From the NCBI GenBank assembly GCA_951406725.2, contig OX597814.1, positions 92,380,001-92,444,000 on the forward strand: a DNA stretch of 64,000 bases, given 5' to 3'. Below, piece after piece: positions 55,985-64,000 of this stretch. Numbering within the stretch: position 1 is the first letter of the stretch; every line of letters begins with the position of its first letter. This stretch comes from Octopus vulgaris. Taxonomy: Eukaryota. A program made the position numbers and the translations under genes. The notes under the pieces are model-generated. The model saw nothing but the letters and a program-made list of their open reading frames with translations. It did no database searches and was not told the DNA's origin.

Positions 55985-56190
55985 TTATATATATATAGTC
56001 AATCCAAACATGAACAAGCAAGAAAAACAACAATTCAAGGACGTGGGATAAGTACAGTGTTATTGGACGGAAAGGAAAGGAAAGAAAGAGGATTTCACGT
56101 TTCGAGCGAAGCTCTTCATCAGAAATATAGAAATCCAAAGAAGGAAAGACGGAGAAAGAAAATCGCCAACGATACACACGCGGTCACATA
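55985..56190 (-). mobile_element. Penelope-like terminal repeat with hammerhead motif (56092-56126)
   Basis: Minus strand attt-ctgatga-a-gagc-ttc-gctc-gaaa-cgtg-aaat; inverted copy of 7480-7690. Confidence 0.7.
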
Positions 56191-57849
56191 CTGAAATGAC
56201 CGGAAGGGAATGGATGAAGAAAAAGTTCTTTCAAAGACAGGAGAGTGCAAGAGAAGGAGATATATGTGTGTATGTGTGGGTATGTGCGTGCGCGCAGGCC
56301 TGTGTCACCCACTTTTCATTGTTTGATATGTCATCAGACGGAATTTTGTCCAACGTCTTTCATCAAAAGAAAATTCACAAAATAATTTTGGAAACATATT
56401 TTCATTGTTTGACGAATCTGTTTAGGGTTGTGGTATACATTTAAGATTCCGGGTGGATTTAATTTGAAAAGTGAATGTTGAGTAAGTTGTTCAATATGTG
56501 AAGATTCTGTTGCTTTCGTATTTCCTAAATTTTTAAACAGAAATATACCAACAATAATACATCAATTCATTCTCAATACGTTTTGGCATATCTGGTCGTT
56601 GTTGTTTATCGTCGACGAAAGACACTTCCCCTTAGTATGTTCATAACACACTTGATTCACTAGTATTAGCGAACTTTGAGACACCAGCGTGTTTCAATCT
56701 TATTGTATCTTCTCAATTAAAGGTATCTCACAGGATCGATGTATCTAACAAGAGTACAGATTCCTGGTTATGGAAATTAGTGAACACATTATTTTCTTAT
56801 ATATATAGTGTATCTGCCAAACAGATGATAATTCATAATGCCCAAGCAGAACAATAAGAATTCAAATAATAACCTGGCTATTCATTGTCAATATCTTTTG
56901 GCAGAATCGAACGTAAATTTCTTATTTATCTGTTTCGTTTTACTTTCTAATTGTTAACCTACGGGCTTGAATCTTAGAATACAAATTGCAAATATGGATA
57001 CACACTATATACATGAGTCGTCGACAAAGAGAGGATTGAAATAAATCTTAATAACAATACAGAAACAGTATTTTCACGAGCCTTCGAATAAAAGATGTCG
57101 TAGAAGTGTCAGCTATAATTTTTCATATCAGAAAATATATATGCTGAAAGGTATATGCTTCGCTGTTTCTGTGCATTCGTGTCAATGAGTGTGCGTAACA
57201 CATATCAACACAGAGTAAATATATTCACAAGAGAGAAAAAGAAATGCAAGTAAAATACTTATGTTTAAACAACTTAAAAAACATGAGAGAATATCATTGA
57301 AAGAAAAGTTGCAAAACAAGAGAAAGAAAGAAAATGTCAAAGACAAAATAATTCATGAGTTATTTCGCATATTTCAGCTGTCGTTCTCATTTTACTACTT
57401 GGTAAAAATAAAGCAACATGAAGTGTCGCTTTCTTGGATGACATGTGTTTTTCTTATGTTTCGAACCCGCAATGAATGGCCGTCGGACATATTGGCTGTA
57501 AACAATTCTCTATGATATACAAAGCATTGGTGTAAAGATGGATTCTGACCATGATGAATCGATATTGTAACCGTCGCGTAAGTAGATTCGCAGTGTGAAA
57601 GTCTAAACAATGGATGTTGATGACAATTAAAAGATAAAAATAATTACTGTTTCGGTTGAATGGAAGTTGGAAAACAACGGGTTGGGCAGGTTTGGCATTT
57701 GTTTTTGTTTTTTGTGGATGTTTACAGTATATTTTCATTCGGTCAGGAGAACGAGCAGAAGCAATGAAAATTCCAGATTGTTCTTCGACTTTACATTGCG
57801 AGAATTGAGGCAGATGCTCACTTTTCTGTGATTGATGTTCGGAGGACTC

Positions 57850-59560
57850 CTTCGAGAAAACCTAACCAGATGAACATGAATATGCACTTAGAGGAATATA
57901 CTGTATGACTGAAAAAAATCAAGAAACTAGAATGTTCCGGCAAATCATGTAAAATCAAATATTACAAAAAAAGAGCAAAATCGACAGGGAGATTTACAGA
58001 AATAAGTATCGATGATAATTAAAGGGTGGGGGAAATAAGGGGCAACACCAATTTTAAGGAACGACTTTAAAAAATTATTTGATTAAAAACTCTATAAAAT
58101 GTAGAAACCAAAGCAAATAGAGAGATGGATATTTTGAAAATCAGATTAACGGTAATGGTTTATCCACATAGTTCCAGTTAGAAATGAGCAACTTTTATAG
58201 ATAATCGAAAATTAATCAATCTGAAAAAATTCATAATTTAATACTTCCATGCAAGATACATAAAGATTCCAAAACCGCAGACTTAAAATAACGTTCAATT
58301 ATTGGTGGATGACCCAACAATTAAGCGATCTACTAAGTATTAGACTGAAACTATTATGTCAATTCCTACCGAATTGGTAGATATGGTATAAGTGAATTTT
58401 TTAATGACATTGCAAAAAGAGTATTATGGAAACGAAATTAGTTGATTTTGATACGATCAGCCTCTATATAAATATGCTGAATAAATTAGGACTTGAGACT
58501 GTCGATTTCTAGATAGGTAAATGTTGAGAAATAATTCGGGATTTTAAAAAAAACTTCATTCTGAAAGGATTGTAACTAACGCTCGAGAATTAATTCTTTT
58601 TTATAATTTTTTTTTTTTTACTTTCAGTACTATCTACAAACAAAAGCAGTAGTAAAGGGAGCAAAATTCGCTCCTACCTTCAAAAGCACTGGGGATGGGA
58701 TATTTTAGTGCAGAAAATTACCTAGTGCAGAAAATTACCTAGTCCAAGACTATTTTTGGTAGGAGAAATAAAGAGGTTACAATATTTCGCGAACTAATCA
58801 ATAACATTCACAAATCGACATCACTCACTTATTTCGACTTTGACTCTTCCTTCCAAATTCTCCATCCTACTACTCATAACTCCAGCATCTTCACTACCTA
58901 TGTGGCCAATATCGAGACGTTGTAACCAGTCTTACCTGATGCACTTTGTGCATTGTAATAATCTCCAACACAGTTAACACTTCACCTCGCAATTCCGCCC
59001 TCACATGCTCCACACCAGCCTCATACATTTGGACACTTGCTACCTCATCTCATCTTCTACACTAATATCTTACCAATGATCCATCTTGTTCACTTATTTG
59101 CCATATTTGACTAGACTCTTACTATTTATCCCATATACCATGAACTTCCGTTCCTTTCTGTCAAACAGGTCTTAAATTGAGCAACCTTTTAGTCAGTACT
59201 TTTTCCTTGCTTCAGAACCTGTTGTAACAAGTGTTATTACATCTACAACGCTACTATACGCCTTACATCCATCTAACTTTCATTCTTTATCACATGTCAT
59301 TTCACATGTGTCACAAGGAACGCCATCTACTTTCTTAAATAGAGAAACTGGATACAGATTAGTAGATCATATCTCTGAACATCCACAAGGTGGCCACTTA
59401 AACAATAACATATTGCCTGTCGCTCGTCACTTCAATCCACCAACCAATGCTATTTTCTGTCTCTCAGTCTGTTGCGTTATTTCGCATCATTGCTGCTATT
59501 TCCTCAGATGCTCCTCTATTCTCAGGCATGAATAGTTCAATATCGTTCGCATAACTACAC
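57850..59560 (+). mobile_element. Highly decayed Penelope-like fragments
   Basis: YLQTK..KGAKFAPT; RETGYRLVDHISEH; PVARHFN (GIY-YIG-like). Confidence 0.5.
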
Positions 59561-61401
59561 TCCACTCTTTTTCACCACACTCTACCATAACATACCACAC
59601 TTACACATACATATCACAAACCACTTAGACTAAGCCTATGTCTGAAAATTCATAAAAACTTTACATATCACACACAAACTAGCACACAAGTATAATTACT
59701 GGCGTCTCACGTGCGCAAAGATATCAACAGTCTTCTACACGTACATAAAAACACGTCGATACACACACCATGTTACCTTATGCTATCACGCACACCTTCA
59801 CCCAAACTAACATAAATGCATATAAAACATTGCACACATATCACACACTTCATACAACATACATTAATCTTATACCTCCATGCTACAACATAGATTTTAA
59901 TAGAGCTATGTTGTGGTATTATGCATAGGCGCAATTATAAGCACTAGCTTCATACACACATGCATGCAATCACACTAATATGAACATGCCTGTACCTAAC
60001 ACACATTATCTTCGCCCTCTTTTTCCTACGAACTACACAGTCACTAATACAAATATGAAGCAAACGGCAAGTATCAAACAACCAATTGACAGTATGTGAT
60101 TCCAACTTAGCGGCTCTGCACAGCCTTTACACATGACGCACACTGAATAGTTCCCATTCTTTTACTCTTTTGGAGGCAACTGAAGTACATTGGCAGCTAA
60201 GGTGAGAAACCGACGTATCCTTATGTAGAGAACTAGGAATTTGAATTGGTTACGAGACTAAGAATCCTTCGCAATTGTTGGAATATATGAGTGTCGGTTC
60301 TTGACCTAAAAAGTAGGACGCTTTCGGCTGGTGCCACTGCTGAACACCAGATCCTCGAATGCTGATAATAAAATGCCCTTTCTTTCATTGCAGACTTGTT
60401 ATATAACCTATATTTAACAAAACATAGAGCGAAATATATATATAGAAATTATAATCTATTTATTTAAAGATACAAATACGAAGCAAGAGGCGACTATCAA
60501 ACAAGCAAAACAAGGGGAATTTAACAAAAGAGGAATTAACTGAAATCCTATTTACAATAAGGACATTGGCTGGTCAGATTCTTGCAAAATTGTTAATGAT
60601 AACAATTCCAAATTCACGAAAAGAATTGGTGTATTTTACAACGTAAATAAAATAATGGCTAATACATATATAATGACCAACAAAGTGGAAAATATGTTTC
60701 TACAAGTTTCAAATATAAGAGACAATAATCAATAAACTCTATAAACACAGCATTTCAACATACTTTGTTAACGTTCCATCGAATGAAATATTGCAAAGGT
60801 TGTTAGTGGTATTTAGCAAAAGCTGCCAAATCTCCCTCAAATCACATCCTACCGTCTTAAAAAAGAAAATATACTGAATAATGTTTAACGAACTATTTTG
60901 TAGTAGAGCATAATTAAATCATTTCGTATTATTGAAAAGTATTGAAATGAAACTCGCTAACAATTTATTAACCAAACAAGCTGCCAAGAATGTGTTATTT
61001 GTGAAAACTTACTTATCCGATTTACCTAAGCCACAAGTAATAGCGAGCTTATAAGCAATATTTCCGTGAAAAATTAAAGTGGGTACTCGATCACAAACTA
61101 AATTGCAATACGAGGTTGAAATTAGTCCAGAAGTTATTTCATATACGAAATTTTATATAGGAAACCAAGTTGTACACATCTATCTATTTCATACACTGTC
61201 GCTTAATGTGTGTGTATGTGTTTGTGTGTGTATTCTGTATTAAAGTATAATATTGAATAGTCTTAGATACATCATTCATAACAAAGACTGAATTGCCATG
61301 GCTAGAATTCCTCTGATGATAGATCTGCTTAATAAAGGTGTCCTGGGGACAAACAGCAATATAATCAACAAAAACGAGGAAATTGAAAACCAAAGCTTTA
61401 C

Positions 61402-61537
61402 CTGTGCACCAACCATTCCTTCTTTTAGTCGTGGAATATCGGTTTGTGAAACTTCCCAAACTTTGTCCAAGCTGCTGTTAAAATCGGTTTTATTCACTCC
61501 AGTATATATACGAATTCTGTATGGTAAATCATTATGC
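61402..61537 (-). CDS. DPEP1: Dipeptidase internal exon (136 nt) with the HND zinc-ligand motif
   Basis: Acceptor tttatttttgtag|G CAT AAT GAT TTA CCA; donor GCA CAG|gtaaag; encodes HNDLP...TDIPRLKEGMVGAQ. Confidence 0.95.
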
Positions 61538-61629
61538 CTACAAAAATAAATAAGTGATAAATAAATAATATAATAGTATAAATATGATATAATAATTTTA
61601 CTGAAAGATATTCACGCATACTTTGAAAA

Positions 61630-61722
61630 TTTGCATTTATTTTCATAAAAGAACAAAGTATTTGCATTTATTTTCATAAAAGAACAAAGTATTTGCATTT
61701 ATTTTCATAAAAGAACAAAGTA
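61630..61722. repeat. Perfect 31-bp tandem repeat x3
   Basis: tttgcatttattttcataaaagaacaaagta at 61630, 61661 and 61692. Confidence 0.95.
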
Positions 61723-62721
61723 TCTATTCCTCCAAAGATAATAATAATTTCAAAAATAGAAAAGCAGGTGGTTTTAAAAGAAGGCTTAGAAGCTGAAATA
61801 CTATTAACAACTGAAAGCAATAAATACACACTTTCATGATAAATGGAATAATAAATTTATTCTTCTTTTCTACGGGAAAACTTAATTACATTTCGCTATT
61901 CGGTGCATTACAATCTTTGAGAAAATACTTTTATGATATTTAATTACGACTTTTTTCTGTTTCCCCGGTTCAAATACTGCTGAGATCAACTTCTCTTTTA
62001 TTTTCTCCGACCACTTAACTGCTGTAGTCAAATGAAATCCTCCATCGAATACCATACTTTATTGTCAGTAAAGCAGCGTGCTTTTGTTAGAAATTAATTT
62101 GTTTATTGTTCTAAAAAGACAATGAATTGTCGGCGTCGGTAAAACGTCGAATGTTCATTTTAGTGTCAATCCTCTACGTCGCATGTTTGAATTTTGCCTC
62201 ATTCAACTTTGTCGTTCATCTTACTGAGTTTGATAGAACAAAATACTTGTAAAGTACTGGAGTCGATTTAATTAACCAGCCCCCGCTCCAAAATATTGCT
62301 GGTCTTACGCGTAAAACGGTATTTAATTAAATAACACAAGGGATTTTTACTCGTCACTCTACTGATTACAATTTCTAACGCTTTTTTACGATATGTACAA
62401 GGCTTGAAATTTTGTGGGGAGATGTTAGCTGATTACATCACGACCCCAGTACTCGACTATTATTATTAAATCGATATATGAACTATTAGCATTATTATTA
62501 ATAAATCGATATATGAACTTCGAATGCAAGGTCAAACTGAAGTGTTTGACCCGAACAAAAAAACAGTGTAATAGGTGTACAACATGTAGTAAACGAATAT
62601 GAAAAAAAATGCGCGCTCAGGAACGGGGGATGGGGGAGAGGACTCGGAAAATTTACATCATCACCATGACCTTTAAACTCCAGTATTTGACCCGAGCAAC
62701 AAAAAAAGTTTTAAATAGTGT

Positions 62722-64000
62722 AAGGTCGACTTGGCCTTGGTGAACTGGGCACCAACAGTGCCGGCAGCGTCGAGGCAGCCCGATGCTGCTGTCTCTTAAG
62801 GTAACCATACCGTCAGGGCGGGCGACCCCGGTACTACCTTGTTGTGGTGAGAAAGTTTACACCCTTTGAGAGAAGAGCAGTTCGTGATGGCATGTCCAAC
62901 TCGCGCAGGTCCCTCTCGTACGAGAGTAGCCAATGGTACCGAACCCCCACCCCCCGGCTGCCGTGAAACCGGAGCCCCGAGATGTTGTTGGGTCATCTCG
63001 AGTCGTGTGATAGCCCACCCCGGGGAATCGGCCACGATCGGGACACCCGTCGGGTACAAGCCGACCAACTAGGCGCCGGCCCGTAACTGGTTGCCGTGGG
63101 CCCGCACCGGCGTCGAACCCGGGATAGTACGGTTACCTGGCGACACAGATGGCACCTCCCCACCCAAGTATACCGGGCGTTTAGGTTGGGTCGTAATCGT
63201 AGCCTCTGTTGGTGCAGATCAGTGTGGAGACATTCTCCCTGGACGGGTGGTTCGTCCACGAAAGCCGGACGTCCCGCAATTGTATGTAGACTCTCACTTC
63301 ACCTGTGGTGGACGGGTGTTAATGTGTAGTCATGTGTTGAAAGCCCCGTCAGAAACGCGACTTATAGGGTCCCTTCCTTTCGATCACACCAATTATAGCC
63401 GCACCCGGGGATGGTTAGATGGATCCGACATGCGCACAGCCACCGACCACCATAAAACACTGGGTGATTAGGTGCGGTTATGATACGTGCATCGAGGGGT
63501 TTGCAGCCGATCCCGTAGGCGAATGTATTCACCCTTTGGACGCGTGATTCCGTCCACAAAAGCCGAGGCCCCACTTGACCTCCGCTCAGTCACCGAAGGC
63601 CTACGAAAAATAGGCGGTGGTGCTGCCCACTATAATATACCAGAGCATCCCGATAAGCGCCAAGTTTCGGATTGAGTGGCTCCGTCCACTATAAAACACC
63701 GGCGTGTTGGGGCAGATGACCCTTCTGCTCCGGTCACGCCCTTCATGTCGCACTAGTTGGGAAGCTCTTTCCTTTGACGGGTGGCACCGCCCACCTTAAT
63801 ACACCGGCACCCCAAGGTCCCCTCCGCCTATTACTGGCCTGCACGGGCGTTAGGATTCGGTGCTGGAGAGAGCCACGGTCACCAAAAGTAGGGGCCCTGA
63901 TGTGCGGCCAATTTTGCCCGGGTCTGCCGTTGGGGTTCCCTACTGCCTCGAAAGCGACCTGCACACAGGAGAGGTCAAGCGTCGGAGAGCACCAAGCTCG
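62722..64000. other. GC-rich, structure-rich island without a recognisable ORF; probably the end or UTR of a mobile element continuing beyond the window
   Basis: Abrupt switch to roughly 60% GC (visual estimate) with abundant CpG; many short hairpins; recurrent motif. Confidence 0.6.
63254..63371 (+). ncRNA. Candidate degenerate HDV-like ribozyme
   Basis: P1 GUCCAC/GUGGAC, P2 GACUCU/AGGGUC, P3 CAC/GUG, L3 UUCACCU, GG for P1.1, P4 GUGUU/AACGC, J4/2 CUUAU; two deviations from consensus. Confidence 0.4.

Noticed and set aside
63149-63807. Hairpin motif array as CRISPR, or gtggcaccg as a tracrRNA-like sequence
   Set aside because: Repeats are degenerate, spacing is irregular, no cas gene is present, and a 9-nt match is expected by chance.
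62722-64000. rRNA gene or bacterial contamination
   Set aside because: No recognisable rRNA core beyond the 16-nt 28S-like site and no long ORFs; an rDNA spacer origin cannot be excluded without a search.

Overview
AT-rich, microsatellite-dense animal genomic DNA. The repeat landscape resembles a coleoid cephalopod such as Octopus; this is inferred, not proven. The window lies inside one minus-strand gene for a membrane dipeptidase (peptidase M19, renal dipeptidase/DPEP1-like). Four internal coding exons (61402-61537, 43067-43199, 38917-39067, 21756-21822; 487 nt total) splice in frame with GT-AG sites. The ORF track misses three and captures only part of the fourth. I did not find the first or later exons, which probably lie outside the window. 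The introns hold decayed mobile elements: three tRNA-derived SINE families, mariner and Tc1 transposons, a MITE, R4/Dong-like, RTE-like and Tx1/L1-like LINE fragments, Penelope-like elements with hammerhead motifs, and a probable non-autonomous Helitron. Most listed ORFs are microsatellite artefacts. The best leads are: (1) a GC-rich non-coding island at the right edge with about 7 copies of a hairpin motif, a candidate HDV-like ribozyme and a near-perfect R2 28S target mimic; (2) an ORF1-only Tx1-like element and SINE copies that insert at recurring sites in tRNA-derived SINE heads; (3) hammerhead motifs whose host-sense copies all carry core mutations; (4) long intronic hairpins and inverted element pairs near exons. 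Repeat boundaries are approximate and family calls come from motif recognition, not database searches. I cannot demonstrate a new system.
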